Of a DNA stretch of 46,659 nucleotides, positions 34,881-46,361 are shown in pieces. The position numbers and the translations under genes were made by a program. Source of the DNA: an uncultured Planctomycetaceae bacterium (GTDB taxonomy: Bacteria > Planctomycetota > Planctomycetia > Pirellulales > UBA1268); NCBI GenBank assembly GCA_903885855.1, contig CAISKG010000609.1, forward strand, positions 1 to 46,659. Direction: 5' to 3'. The notes beneath the pieces were generated by a model, which saw only the letters and a list, made by a program, of their open reading frames with translations, had not been told where the DNA came from and ran no database searches. The stretch's first letter is position 1. Every line of letters starts with the position of its first letter.

Positions 34881-36623
34881 ATGCCAATCCCCACCTCGCT
34901 CGTTGCCCGCTGCCGCCGGATCGCCCTGGCGATCGCCGTGATCGGCCTGTCGGCCCCCGGCCTCGTTCCGGTGCCGGGCCTCTCCGCCACCGCCCGCGCG
35001 GCCGGCCCCAAGGACCGCGACGCCGACGATCACTTCGGCATCGCGCAGGTGAAGTTCATCAACGAGCAGATCTCGGCGGGGTGGGCCGACGCCAAGCTCA
35101 AGCCTTCCGACGCCGCCACCGATCAGGAATGGTGCCGGCGGGTGCATCTGGACATCATCGGCCGCATCCCCACGACGGCCGAGTTGGAGGCGTACGTCTC
35201 CGACAGCACGCCGTCGAAGCGCGCCGCACTGGTCGCGCGCCTGCTGGGCGACGATTACGTCGACGAGTACGCCCGCAACTGGGCCGACGTGTGGACCACC
35301 GTCCTCATCGGCCGCAGCACCGAGAACGACAACGTGAACCGCCCGGGGATGCGGCAGTGGCTGAAGCGTGCCTTCTCCAAGAACATGCCCTATGACCGGT
35401 TCGTGACGGAGTTGGTCACCGCCACGGGCGTCAACAAGGCGGGGGAGAAGGACTTCAACGGCGCGACCAACTTCCTCTCCGGCAAGCTCGAGGAGAACGG
35501 GATCCAGGCCACCGCGAAGACCGCCCAGGTGTTCCTCGGCCTGCAGGTGCAGTGCACGCAGTGCCACAACCACCCCTTCAACAAGGGCAAACAGAATCAG
35601 TTCTGGGAGCTCAACGCCTTCTTCCGCCAGGTGCGCTCGCTGAGGCGCTTCGAGGGCACGCGCGACGTGCAGGCGATCGAGATCGTCGACGAGGACTGGG
35701 CCGGCGAGGGGGGGGATGCGTCGCAGGCCGAGTTGTATTACGAGCTCCGCAACGGCCAGATGAAGATGGCCTTCCCGGTGTTCGTCGACGGCACGGCGGT
35801 CGACCCCAGCGGGTATCTGCCCGCGACCATGGAGGACGGCACCACCTACGGCGTCAACCGCCGCCGCGTGCTGTCGGAGCTGATCGTCGACAGCCCGCTG
35901 ATGCCCAAGGCCGCGGTGAACCGCGCCTGGAGCCACTTTTTCGGCTACGGTTTCACCCGGCCGGTGGACGACCTCGGCGACCACAACGCCCCGTCGCACC
36001 CCGAGCTCCTCGACGGGCTCGCGGAGCGTTTCCGGGAGCAGAGTTTCGACGTCAAGGAACTGATCCGCTGGATCACGCTCTCGCGGGCCTACGCCCTCTC
36101 CAGCAAGGTCGGGAAGGGCAACGGCGTCGACGATCCCTCGATCGGCGAGAAGCCGCGCTTCTCCCACTTCTACCTGCGGCAGATGCGCCCCGAGGAGCTC
36201 TATCAGTCGCTCCTCACCGCCACCGCGGCCGACGAGGCCGAGGACAACGGCGAGAAGGCCGCACGCAAGAAGGACGAATGGCTCTCGCAGTTCATCATCG
36301 CCTTCGGCACCGACGAGGGGGACGAGGCGACCACGTTCAACGGTTCGATCCCGCAGGTCCTCATGATGTTCAACGGCGAGCTGATGAAGACCGCGACCTC
36401 GACCGGCAAGGGGGGCTTCCTCGACCGGATCGCCTCCTCGGGGCTGTCGAACCCGCAGAAAATCGACGCCCTCTATGCAGCCGCGCTGGCGCGGAAGCCG
36501 ACGAAGAAGGAGGTGGGGCTCGCCAACCAACTCCTCGTCGCACGCAAGGGGGATGCCGTCGGTGCCCTCCAGGACGTGTGGTGGGCCGTGCTCAATTCCA
36601 ACGAGTTCATCATCAACCACTGA
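34881..36623 (+). CDS. DUF1549/DUF1553-type (PSD1-like) secreted protein
   Basis: Signal-like N-terminus (RRIALAIAVIGLSAPGL...ARA). WCRRVHLDIIGRIPT and the CxxCH-like CTQCHNHPFNKG motif are typical of DUF1549. The C-terminal ending WWAVLNSNEFIINH is typical of DUF1553 proteins. These are family attributions from memory. Confidence 0.8.
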   Translation: MPIPTSLVARCRRIALAIAVIGLSAPGLVPVPGLSATARAAGPKDRDADDHFGIAQVKFINEQISAGWADAKLKPSDAATDQEWCRRVHLDIIGRIPTTAELEAYVSDSTPSKRAALVARLLGDDYVDEYARNWADVWTTVLIGRSTENDNVNRPGMRQWLKRAFSKNMPYDRFVTELVTATGVNKAGEKDFNGATNFLSGKLEENGIQATAKTAQVFLGLQVQCTQCHNHPFNKGKQNQFWELNAFFRQVRSLRRFEGTRDVQAIEIVDEDWAGEGGDASQAELYYELRNGQMKMAFPVFVDGTAVDPSGYLPATMEDGTTYGVNRRRVLSELIVDSPLMPKAAVNRAWSHFFGYGFTRPVDDLGDHNAPSHPELLDGLAERFREQSFDVKELIRWITLSRAYALSSKVGKGNGVDDPSIGEKPRFSHFYLRQMRPEELYQSLLTATAADEAEDNGEKAARKKDEWLSQFIIAFGTDEGDEATTFNGSIPQVLMMFNGELMKTATSTGKGGFLDRIASSGLSNPQKIDALYAAALARKPTKKEVGLANQLLVARKGDAVGALQDVWWAVLNSNEFIINH

Positions 36624-36660
36624 CCGGGTGACCGGCCTTTCCAGCACCGGAGGTTCTCCC

Positions 36661-37938
36661 ATGGCCCTGCCGCTTTTCACCGTCGACGGGATGAGCCGCC
36701 GGCATCTCATGAGCCACCTCGCGGGCGCCGCGGCGCTGGCCGGCCCGGCGACCGCCTTCACCAACTCGATCCTCGCCAACGCGGCCGACCTCAAGAAGCG
36801 GCACAAGGCGGCGATCCTGCTCTGGATGGGGGGCGGCCCGAGCACCATGGACATCTGGGATCTCAAGCCTGGGGCCTCGACCGGGGGGCCGTTCCGCCCC
36901 ATCTCCACCAGTGCCGACGGCATCCAGATCAGCGAGCACATGCCGCTGATGGCCAAGCAGATGCACCACATGGCGCTGGTCCGCTCGATGAGCACCCGCG
37001 AGGCCGACCACATGCGCGGCCGCTACTACATGCACACCGGCTACGTGCCCAATCCGAACGTCGAGCATCCCAGCTACGGCGCCGTGATCGCCCATGAGCT
37101 GGCCGACACGGTGCCCGACCTCGAGATCCCCCCCTTCGTCTCGGTGGGCGGCGGCAGCGTGGGCCCCGGTTTCCTCGGCATGACGTGGGCGCCGTTCGTG
37201 GTCGATTCCAACGGCAACGTGCGCAACCTCGACATGGGGATCGATCCCTCGCGGCTCTCGCAGCGGCTCGAGATGCTCGACGCGATCGAGGGCAAGTTCA
37301 TCGGCGAGAAGCGCGGCCCCTCGGCCGAGGATCACGCCAAGGTCCTCGACAAGACGATCAAGATCCTGCGCAGCGAGCAGATGGAGGCCTTCAAGGTCTC
37401 GAAGGAGCCGTCCGACGTGCAGGAGCGCTACGGCAACACCGGCTTCGGCCGCGGCTGCCTCATGGCGCGCCGGCTGGTGGAGCAGGGGGTGCCGTTCGTG
37501 GAGGTCGACCTCGGCGGCTGGGACAACCACGCCGACATCTTCCGCACGCTCTCCGACAACAAGCTCCCCGAGCTCGACAAGGCGATGAGCGCGCTGATCG
37601 AGGATCTCTCCGAGCGCGGCATGCTCGACGACACCGCCGTGGTGTGGATGGGTGAATTCAGCCGGACGCCGAACATCAACGGCAACGGCGGCCGCGACCA
37701 TTGGGCCCGCAGCTGGACGGTGGCCGTCGGCGGGGCCGGATTCAAGCGTGGCGTGGTGGTCGGCGAGACGAGTTCCGACGGCAAGGAGGTGGTGACGGAG
37801 CCCTACTCCTCCCAGGACCTCATGGCCAGCGTGCTGAAGTCGCTGGGGATCTCCCTGGAGACGACCTTCACCGCCAAGAACGGCCGGCCGATGAAGATCG
37901 CCAACGCCGGCAAGGTGATCAAGGAGTTGTTCGCCTGA
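36661..37938 (+). CDS. DUF1501 (sulfatase-fold) protein with twin-arginine signal
   Basis: MSRRHLMSHLAGAAALAG (Tat-like), LWMGGGPSTMDIWDLKP, GGWDNHADIF, GEFSRTPNINGNGGRDHW. It lies 38 nt after the DUF1549/1553 gene, the usual pairing. Confidence 0.85.
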   Translation: MALPLFTVDGMSRRHLMSHLAGAAALAGPATAFTNSILANAADLKKRHKAAILLWMGGGPSTMDIWDLKPGASTGGPFRPISTSADGIQISEHMPLMAKQMHHMALVRSMSTREADHMRGRYYMHTGYVPNPNVEHPSYGAVIAHELADTVPDLEIPPFVSVGGGSVGPGFLGMTWAPFVVDSNGNVRNLDMGIDPSRLSQRLEMLDAIEGKFIGEKRGPSAEDHAKVLDKTIKILRSEQMEAFKVSKEPSDVQERYGNTGFGRGCLMARRLVEQGVPFVEVDLGGWDNHADIFRTLSDNKLPELDKAMSALIEDLSERGMLDDTAVVWMGEFSRTPNINGNGGRDHWARSWTVAVGGAGFKRGVVVGETSSDGKEVVTEPYSSQDLMASVLKSLGISLETTFTAKNGRPMKIANAGKVIKELFA

Positions 37939-37994
37939 GCGGCGAGCTCCCCGGGCACGAGGGGGGCGCTGCGGCGCCCCGCGCTGCCGGGGGC

Positions 37995-39383
37995 GTGGCG
38001 GCGCTCGAGGGGACGGTCCGTCCCGTCGTGCGCCTGGTGCTGCCGGTGCTCCTCGAGCAGGTGCTCGCGCTGTCGGTCGGATTCACCGACAAGTGGCTGG
38101 CCGGCAACCTCCTCGAGGGGCCCTCCTATCTGGCGGCGGTGGGACTGGCCGCCTACGCACTGGCGTTTCTCCCGGGGCTCTTCGCCCTCCCCGCCGTGGC
38201 GGCCACCGCGCTCGTCGCCCGCTGCGTGGGGGCAGGCGATCTGGCGGGCGCCCGCCGCGCCGCGGCCCAGGCGTTCCTGGTGGGCGTGCTGCTCACGGTG
38301 GCGCTGGGCGGGGTGGCGTGGGTGGCGGGGCCGCGACTGGTGCGCGGCATGGGACTGCCCGAGGAGAGTTCGGCCCTGGCGCTGGAATACCTGGCGATCG
38401 TCCTCCCCGCCCTGCCGGCGATGATGGTGATCGCCGTCGGCGTCGCGGTGCTGCGGGGCGCCGGCGACATGGTGGGCGGTCTGGTGTCGATGACGGTCGT
38501 CAACCTCGGCAACGCGGGGGCGAGCTTCGCCCTGGCCGCGGGGGCGTTCGGCCTGCCGCGGCTGGGATGGCAGGGGCTGGCCTGGGGCACGCTCGTCGGC
38601 TACTGCCTGGGCGCGGCCTGCATCATCGTCCTCGTCGTCCGGCGCGACGGCTTCCTCCGCCCCACCCTCGCCGACCTGCGCCCCGATCCCCGCTGGCAGC
38701 GGAGGATCGCCGCGGTCGGCCTCCCCGCGGCCGCGGACGTGCTCGGCAACGCCGTCTGCCATCTGTGGTTCCTGTCGATCGTCAACTCGCTCGGCGACGT
38801 CGACGCCGCCGCCCACTCGGTGGCGATCACGATCGAATCGCTGGCCTTCCTGCCCGGCAGCGCCTTCGGCATGGCCGCGGCGACGCTCTCCGGGCAATTC
38901 CTCGGGGCAGGGGAGGAACGCCGGGCCCGCCGCAGCGTCCTGCTGGCGGCGGTGGCCTGCGTGACGCTGATGTCGGCGATGGGAGGGGTGTTCCTGGCGG
39001 CCGCCGACCCCTTGGCGGAGTGGTTCGTGGGGGGGCCCGGAAAGCAGCCCGAGGTGGCCGCGCTCACGTCCCGGCTGGTGCGGATCGTGGCCTTCGCCCA
39101 GCCGCCGCTGGCGATGCTGATGGTGTTTTCCGGGGGCCTGCGCGGGGCGGGGATCACCCGGCCGCCGCTGGTGGTCAACTTCCTCGGGCTGATCCTCGTC
39201 CGCCTGCCGGCGGCGATGCTCCTGGCCTGGCCGGCCGTCGCGCTGCCGGGCGGCGGCGGCCTCCCGGGCTGGGGGCTCGGCGCGGTCGGCGCGTGGTACG
39301 CCATGGCCGCCGATCTCGCCTGCCGGGGGGTGGCGATGGCGGCGATCTTCCTCGGCGCGCGGTGGGCACGGGCGCGCGTCTGA
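37995..39383 (+). CDS. MATE-family efflux transporter
   Basis: About 12 hydrophobic segments with a two-fold repeat and MATE-like stretches (LVLPVLLEQVLALSVGFTDKWLAG, VLRGAGDM, GGLRGAGIT). The start is uncertain; GTG 37995 was chosen and the ORF is open from 37701. Confidence 0.75.
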   Translation: MAALEGTVRPVVRLVLPVLLEQVLALSVGFTDKWLAGNLLEGPSYLAAVGLAAYALAFLPGLFALPAVAATALVARCVGAGDLAGARRAAAQAFLVGVLLTVALGGVAWVAGPRLVRGMGLPEESSALALEYLAIVLPALPAMMVIAVGVAVLRGAGDMVGGLVSMTVVNLGNAGASFALAAGAFGLPRLGWQGLAWGTLVGYCLGAACIIVLVVRRDGFLRPTLADLRPDPRWQRRIAAVGLPAAADVLGNAVCHLWFLSIVNSLGDVDAAAHSVAITIESLAFLPGSAFGMAAATLSGQFLGAGEERRARRSVLLAAVACVTLMSAMGGVFLAAADPLAEWFVGGPGKQPEVAALTSRLVRIVAFAQPPLAMLMVFSGGLRGAGITRPPLVVNFLGLILVRLPAAMLLAWPAVALPGGGGLPGWGLGAVGAWYAMAADLACRGVAMAAIFLGARWARARV

Positions 39384-39497
39384 CGCCGGTCGTCGGCCGG
39401 ATTGGCATGGTCGGACGACGCGGCGACGATACACTCCACGCATGGGGACGGGCTCGCCTTCCGGCCGTCCGCCACGAGCCACCAGCGGAGCGCCTCC

Positions 39498-41420
<1,923 letters not shown>

Positions 41421-41529
41421 TCGACGGGGCCGGGAATCCCGCTCCGGGGGCCCGCGCGCCCGGGAATACCGGCCTCGCTCCCGGCCGGGGACGCTGCTAG
41501 AGTCCGGGCGATTCCCCGGAGCCCGCGCA

Positions 41530-42621
41530 GTGTCACACGCCCACCGCCGTCTTCCCTCCGGTCCGGCGCTCGCCGTGACGATCGCCCTCCTCCTGGGGCC
41601 CGTCCCCGCCGTCGCGCAGGGGCCGGTCCCGCGCCCCGGCGTGCGTCCCCCGCCCGGAACCCAGGCTCCCGGCGTGCCTTCCGCCCCGGTGGCCCAGCCC
41701 CCCGTCGCGCAGGCATCCCCCGGCCAGCCGGGCGTCGCCCAGGCTCCCGCCGGGCAGCGTCCCGCCGGTGCCCCGCGGCCGCAGGCGGCCGTCCAACAGG
41801 CCTCCGGTCAGGTCGCCCCCGCGCAGGCGCCGGTCCCGCGCCCGCCGCAGCCGGCCTTCCCGCAGCTCACCCCGGAACAGGCGGCGGCCCTCGATCGCCT
41901 GCTCGCCGCCTGGGAGGCGCGCAACGCCCAGGTGAAGACCTGGTCGTGCGAGTTCTACAAGTGGGAATACAACGCCTTCGGCCCCGTCGGCGCCGGCGGC
42001 GACCGCCTGGCGTTCGCCGAGAGCACCGGCGAGATCAAGTACGCCATGCCCGACAAGGGGCTGTTCCGCGTCAAGGAATCGAAGCAGTGGAACGCGCAGA
42101 CCTCGCGCTACGAGCAGCGCCCGGGCGACACCGGCGAGCACTGGGTGTGCAATGGCACGAGCATCTACGAGTTCCGTCACGGTGACCGCCAGCTGCGCGA
42201 GACGCGTCTTCCCCCCGAACTCCGCGGCAAGGCGATCAGCGAGGGGCCGCTGCCGTTCGTGTTCGGCGCGAAGGCGGACACGCTCAAGAAGCGTTACGCC
42301 ATGCGGATCCTCCCCACGCCCGGCGGCGGCAGCGACCAGGTGTGGCTCGAGGCGCTGCCGCGCACGCAGGCCGACGCCGCCAACTTCTCCAAGGTGGAGC
42401 TGATCCTCTCGGCGCGCGACCTGATGCCGTTCGCGATCCGGATCTACAAGCCGGGCGGGCAGGATCAGGACGTGTTCCAGTTCAACCAGAACACGAGCCT
42501 CATCGACAAGGGGCTCGACCTGATCCGCGATTTCGCCAAGCCGGTGACGCCGCTGGGCTACACCTTCATCCTCGAGGATGCCGGCGCGCCACCGGGGCCC
42601 GCCGCAGCGCCGCCCCGCTAG
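41530..42621 (+). CDS. Secreted protein: signal peptide, Pro/Ala/Gln-rich linker, LolA-like-looking C-terminal domain
   Basis: GTG 41530 with GGAG 8 nt upstream. Signal LAVTIALLLGPVPAVAQG, then a low-complexity tract of about 90 aa (PVAQPPVAQASPGQPGVAQAPAGQ...), then KTWSCEFYKWEYNAFG...GEIKYAMPDKGLFRV...NGTSIYEF...VWLEALP. The last pattern reminds me of lipoprotein-carrier (LolA) folds, but this is unverified. Confidence 0.6.
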   Translation: MSHAHRRLPSGPALAVTIALLLGPVPAVAQGPVPRPGVRPPPGTQAPGVPSAPVAQPPVAQASPGQPGVAQAPAGQRPAGAPRPQAAVQQASGQVAPAQAPVPRPPQPAFPQLTPEQAAALDRLLAAWEARNAQVKTWSCEFYKWEYNAFGPVGAGGDRLAFAESTGEIKYAMPDKGLFRVKESKQWNAQTSRYEQRPGDTGEHWVCNGTSIYEFRHGDRQLRETRLPPELRGKAISEGPLPFVFGAKADTLKKRYAMRILPTPGGGSDQVWLEALPRTQADAANFSKVELILSARDLMPFAIRIYKPGGQDQDVFQFNQNTSLIDKGLDLIRDFAKPVTPLGYTFILEDAGAPPGPAAAPPR

Positions 42622-42732
42622 GCGGGGTTCCCGCGGGGCTTGCGGCCGCCGCCGCCCGGGCCGGTATACTTCCGCCTCGGCCCGGCGGATCCGATTCCCG
42701 GGCGCGACGACGCGCGAGTCCCCGAGGAATCC

Positions 42733-43191
42733 ATGGCGTTTTACGATCCCTCGCATCCGCTCGGCCAGTTGCTGCTGCGCGACTCGCGCTACAAGGTCGA
42801 CGCCTACCTGTTCGTGCTCGAGTCGCTGTCCTACGCCCAGGACACGCTTGGCTTCGGCGCCGAGCCCCCCGAGGACGACCTCGAGCCGCGCCCGGCCGAC
42901 CGCAGCCGCCGTGGCCGCCGGCGGACGGGGGAGCGCCACCTCACCGGGCAGCAGTTGTGCGAAGCCGCGCGGCGCTACGCGATGCAGCAGTACGGCTTCA
43001 TGGCCCGGACGGTGCTCGCCACGTGGGGCGTCCACAGCACGCGGGACTTCGGCGAGATCGTCTTCAACATGATCGACATCGGGCAGATGCGGAAGACGCG
43101 CAAGGACAAGCGCGAGGACTTCCACGACGTCTACGATTTCGAGTCCGCGTTCACCCGCGACCTGTCGTTCAGTGTGCCCGACAACGCCTAG
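42733..43191 (+). CDS. Small conserved-looking hypothetical protein (152 aa)
   Basis: MAFYDPSHPLGQLLLRDSRYKVDAYLFVLESLSYAQ...HLTGQQLCEAARRYAMQQYGFMARTVLATWGVHSTRDFGEIVFNMIDIGQMRKT. It may belong to a small PVC-superphylum family. I think of the 'Minf_1886' type, but cannot verify it. Confidence 0.65.
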   Translation: MAFYDPSHPLGQLLLRDSRYKVDAYLFVLESLSYAQDTLGFGAEPPEDDLEPRPADRSRRGRRRTGERHLTGQQLCEAARRYAMQQYGFMARTVLATWGVHSTRDFGEIVFNMIDIGQMRKTRKDKREDFHDVYDFESAFTRDLSFSVPDNA

Positions 43192-43245
43192 CGGGGGCGC
43201 GCGGCCGGACGTGGCGGGACGGGTGCCGCGGGGAGGGAGCCTCGG

Positions 43246-43365
43246 ATGAGCGATGCCGGACACGCCCCGCCCGAGCCGCGCTCCCGGGGCCGTTTCGCGG
43301 TGGCGGCGGTCGCCGAGGCGGCGTGGCTGGTGTTCCTGGCCTGGATGGCCTTCCGAGGAGGCTGA
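43246..43365 (+). CDS. Micro-ORF, 39-aa single-helix membrane peptide (absent from the ORF track)
   Basis: GGAGGGAG lies 7 nt upstream of ATG 43246. Translation MSDAGHAPPEPRSRGRFAVAAVAEAAWLVFLAWMAFRGG*. It ends 21 nt before the next gene. Confidence 0.4.
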   Translation: MSDAGHAPPEPRSRGRFAVAAVAEAAWLVFLAWMAFRGG

Positions 43366-43386
43366 CGCCCGCACGCTGGAGCCCCC

Positions 43387-44055
43387 GTGAACGCCCTCTT
43401 CGACGCCGTGCCGCTCGGTGCCGCCTTCCTCCCGCTGGGCCTCTATCTCCTCGCGCTGGGCTGGGTCCACCTGCGCCGCCGCCCCTGGGCGATCCCCGGC
43501 GTCTGGGACGGCATCCTCCTCGGGGCGAGCCTCCTGGGGCTCGTCATCGTGGGCCCGATCGCGCTGGTCCGCTCGGCCGCCGGGACGTCGTTCTGGAGCT
43601 GGCCGATCATGATCCTCGGCTTCGCGCTGGCCGTGACGCTGTGCGTGCTCGTCGCCCGGCCCCGGCTCGTGGTCTACAACATCAATCTCGAGCAACTGCG
43701 CCCGATCGTGGCCGAGGTGGCCGCGGCCGTCGACGGGCAGGCGCGGTGGGCCGGGGAGACGGTGGCGCTCCCCTCGCGCGGGTTCCAGGTGCATCTCGAC
43801 GACGACGGCGTGCTCCGCACGGTGAGCCTGATCGGGGTCGGCGGCCGCTCCTCCCACGAGGGGTGGAGCGAATTCAGCCGCCGTATCCGTCAGGCGACGC
43901 GGCGCTTGCGCGTGCGGTCGAGCCCGTGGGGCGGCGTGCTGGCCGGCATCGGCGGCGTCCTGGTGGCGCTGGCGGTGTGGAGCACCTGTGCCGCCGTCGT
44001 CGGCCGTCCCCAATCCCATCCCCGTACCGCGGGCCCCGCGACCGTCCTGGAGTGA
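43387..44055 (+). CDS. Hypothetical polytopic membrane protein
   Basis: Track ORF with GTG start. Hydrophobic segments at the N-terminus ([49 protein letters not shown]), a soluble domain of about 90 aa, and a final helix ([15 protein letters not shown]). Confidence 0.6.
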   Translation: MNALFDAVPLGAAFLPLGLYLLALGWVHLRRRPWAIPGVWDGILLGASLLGLVIVGPIALVRSAAGTSFWSWPIMILGFALAVTLCVLVARPRLVVYNINLEQLRPIVAEVAAAVDGQARWAGETVALPSRGFQVHLDDDGVLRTVSLIGVGGRSSHEGWSEFSRRIRQATRRLRVRSSPWGGVLAGIGGVLVALAVWSTCAAVVGRPQSHPRTAGPATVLE

Positions 44056-44059
44056 CCCC

Positions 44060-45640
44060 ATGCCGCCGGTCGACCTCTCCCCCCACGGCATCACCGTCCC
44101 GCTGGTGATCCGCAACGCGCCGCCGGCGCTGCTCTACGAGGAGGCCGTCACGCGCGAGCGTGCGGGCATCGTCTCCAGCGGGGCGATCGCCATCCGCTCC
44201 GGGGCGAAGACGGGGCGCAGCCCGAAGGACAAGCACGTCGTCCGCGACCCCGCCTCCGAAGGCGAGGTGTGGTGGGGGGCGGTCAACCACCCCATCGACG
44301 AGCACACCTTCCTCTTGAACCGCCAGCGCGCCATCGACTACCTCAACACGCGCGACCGGATCTACGTGTGCGACGGCTTCGCCGGCTGGGATCCTGCCTG
44401 CCGCGTCAAGGTGCGCGTGCTCTGCGCCCGCGCCTACCACGCGCTCTTCATGCGCACCATGCTCATCCGTCCGACCGCCGCCGAGGCGGAGCGCTTCGGC
44501 CAGCCCGACTACGTGATCTACAACGCCGGCCAGTTCCCCGCCAACGTCCTCACCGAGCAGATCGGCAGCCGGACGAGCATCGATCTGTCGCTCGAGCGCC
44601 GCGAGCAGGTGATCCTCGGCACGGAGTACGCCGGCGAGATGAAGAAGGGGGTCTTCACGCTCATGCACTGGCTGCTGCCGGCGCGGGGCGTGCTCTCCAT
44701 GCACTGCTCGGCCAACGAGGGCCCGGCCGGCGACGTCTCCCTGTTCTTCGGCCTCTCGGGCACCGGCAAGACGACCCTTTCGGCCGATCCGGCGCGCAGG
44801 CTCATCGGCGACGACGAGCACGGCTGGGGCGACGCCGGCGTGTTCAACGTCGAGGGGGGCTGCTACGCGAAGTGCATCGGCCTGTCGGCGGCGCGGGAGC
44901 CGCAGATCCACGCCGCCATCCGCTTCGGCACGGTGCTCGAGAACGTCGTCTACGACGAGGCGACGCGCGAGGTGGATTTCGACTCGGCGGCGATCACGGA
45001 GAACACGCGTGCCGCGTATCCGATCGAGTTCATCGACAACGCGCTGGTTCCCTGCGTGGCCGGGCATCCGCGCAACGTCATCTTCCTCACCTGCGACGCC
45101 TCGGGTGTGCTGCCGCCGGTGAGCCGGCTGTCGCGCGAGCAGGCGATGTACCACTTCCTCTCGGGTTACACGGCGCGGGTGGCGGGAACCGAGATGGGGG
45201 TCGTGGAGCCGCAGATCACCTTCTCGGCCTGCTTCAGCGCCGCGTTCCTCGTGCGGCACCCGGCCACCTACGCCCGGCTGCTGGCGGAGAAACTCGCCCG
45301 GCACGGTGCCCGCGCGTGGCTGGTGAACACCGGCTGGACGGGGGGCGCCTACGGCCACGGGCGGCGCATCGACCTCGCCTCGACGCGCCGGATCATCGAC
45401 CGGATCCACGACGGCTCGCTCGACACGGCCCCGGTGGAACGCGATCCGGTGTTCGGGCTCGATGCCGTCGCCGACGTGGCGGGCGTGCCGGCGCGGATCC
45501 TGGTCCCGTCGCGGGCCTGGGACGATCCGGCCCGCTGGGAGCGCGCGGCCCGGGAATTGGCGGCCCGGTTCCGCTCCAACTTCGCCGGCTTCGCCGCCGA
45601 GGCCGGCGCCGACGTCCTGGCGGCCGGCCCGGCGGAGTGA
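44060..45640 (+). CDS. pckA: Phosphoenolpyruvate carboxykinase (ATP)
   Basis: [33 protein letters not shown] (kinase-1a), [18 protein letters not shown] 44060 is 5 nt after the upstream stop. Confidence 0.93.
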   Translation: MPPVDLSPHGITVPLVIRNAPPALLYEEAVTRERAGIVSSGAIAIRSGAKTGRSPKDKHVVRDPASEGEVWWGAVNHPIDEHTFLLNRQRAIDYLNTRDRIYVCDGFAGWDPACRVKVRVLCARAYHALFMRTMLIRPTAAEAERFGQPDYVIYNAGQFPANVLTEQIGSRTSIDLSLERREQVILGTEYAGEMKKGVFTLMHWLLPARGVLSMHCSANEGPAGDVSLFFGLSGTGKTTLSADPARRLIGDDEHGWGDAGVFNVEGGCYAKCIGLSAAREPQIHAAIRFGTVLENVVYDEATREVDFDSAAITENTRAAYPIEFIDNALVPCVAGHPRNVIFLTCDASGVLPPVSRLSREQAMYHFLSGYTARVAGTEMGVVEPQITFSACFSAAFLVRHPATYARLLAEKLARHGARAWLVNTGWTGGAYGHGRRIDLASTRRIIDRIHDGSLDTAPVERDPVFGLDAVADVAGVPARILVPSRAWDDPARWERAARELAARFRSNFAGFAAEAGADVLAAGPAE

Positions 45641-45659
45641 CGGCACGCCCGGGGCGGTT

Positions 45660-45695
45660 TTGACAGTCCTGCCGACCCCCCTATACCTATAGGGG
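45660..45695 (+). promoter_or_regulatory. Promoter-like element with a perfect 8-bp inverted repeat over the -10 region
   Basis: TTGACA (45660-45665), a 16-nt spacer, then TATACC (45682-45687). CCCCTATA (45678-45685) and TATAGGGG (45688-95) form an inverted repeat separated by CC. It lies about 50 nt upstream of the peroxidase gene. Confidence 0.4.
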
Positions 45696-45740
45696 CCCTC
45701 GACGCCCTGGAACGTCCGCCGAAACCCCGGAGAAGACACG

Positions 45741-46292
45741 ATGTCCCGCCCCAGCCTTTCCACCCTCCTCGCCCTCCTGATCCTGGTGATCGGCGCGGTG
45801 CAGGCATCGGCCGATTCGCCGCTCTCCGGCACGGTCAAGAAGATCGACGGCTCGGAGGTCGACCTGGCCAAGTACAAGGGCAAGGTGGTGATGATCGTCA
45901 ACGTGGCCAGCCGCTGCGGCGCCACGCCGCAGTACGCCGGTCTGCAGAAGCTCTACGACACCTACAAGGACAAGGGCTTCGTGATCCTCGGGTTCCCGGC
46001 CAACGAGTTCGGCGCCCAGGAGCCGGGCACCGACGCCGAGATCTCGAAGTTCTGCACGTCCAACTACAACGTGACCTTCGACATGTTCTCGAAGATCGTG
46101 GTCAAGGGGGACGGCCAGGCTCCCCTCTACAAGGCGCTCACCACCCAGGCCGACCCGGCGGGGGACGTGAAGTGGAACTTCGAGAAGTTCCTCATCGGCA
46201 AGGACGGTCAGGTCGCGGCACGCTTCACGACGCGCACCACCCCCGAGGATCCGCAGGTCGTCAAGGCGATCGAGGCCGCCCTGGCGAAGTGA
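45741..46292 (+). CDS. Glutathione peroxidase family protein with signal peptide
   Basis: Signal LSTLLALLILVIGAVQASA, then VMIVNVASRCGATPQY (peroxidatic Cys), LGFPANEFGAQEPG and WNFEKFLIGKDG. Confidence 0.9.
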   Translation: MSRPSLSTLLALLILVIGAVQASADSPLSGTVKKIDGSEVDLAKYKGKVVMIVNVASRCGATPQYAGLQKLYDTYKDKGFVILGFPANEFGAQEPGTDAEISKFCTSNYNVTFDMFSKIVVKGDGQAPLYKALTTQADPAGDVKWNFEKFLIGKDGQVAARFTTRTTPEDPQVVKAIEAALAK

Positions 46293-46317
46293 GCCGGGGC
46301 CCGACTCCCGATCCACG

Positions 46318-46361
46318 CGAGCCCTCCCCGACCGTCGGTCGGGGAGGGCTCGCCCGTTTTC
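46318..46361 (+). terminator. Rho-independent terminator (16-bp stem) shared by convergent genes
   Basis: CGAGCCCTCCCCGACC (46318-46333) pairs with GGTCGGGGAGGGCTCG (46337-46352), followed by CCCGTTTTC on the + strand. It abuts the stop of the minus-strand GT2 gene. Confidence 0.7.

Noticed and set aside
45641-45660. Weak hairpin CGCC-CGG-GGCG followed by GTTTT after pckA as a terminator
   Set aside because: It has only a 4-bp stem and a 3-nt loop, too weak to call. It overlaps the -35 of the next promoter-like element.
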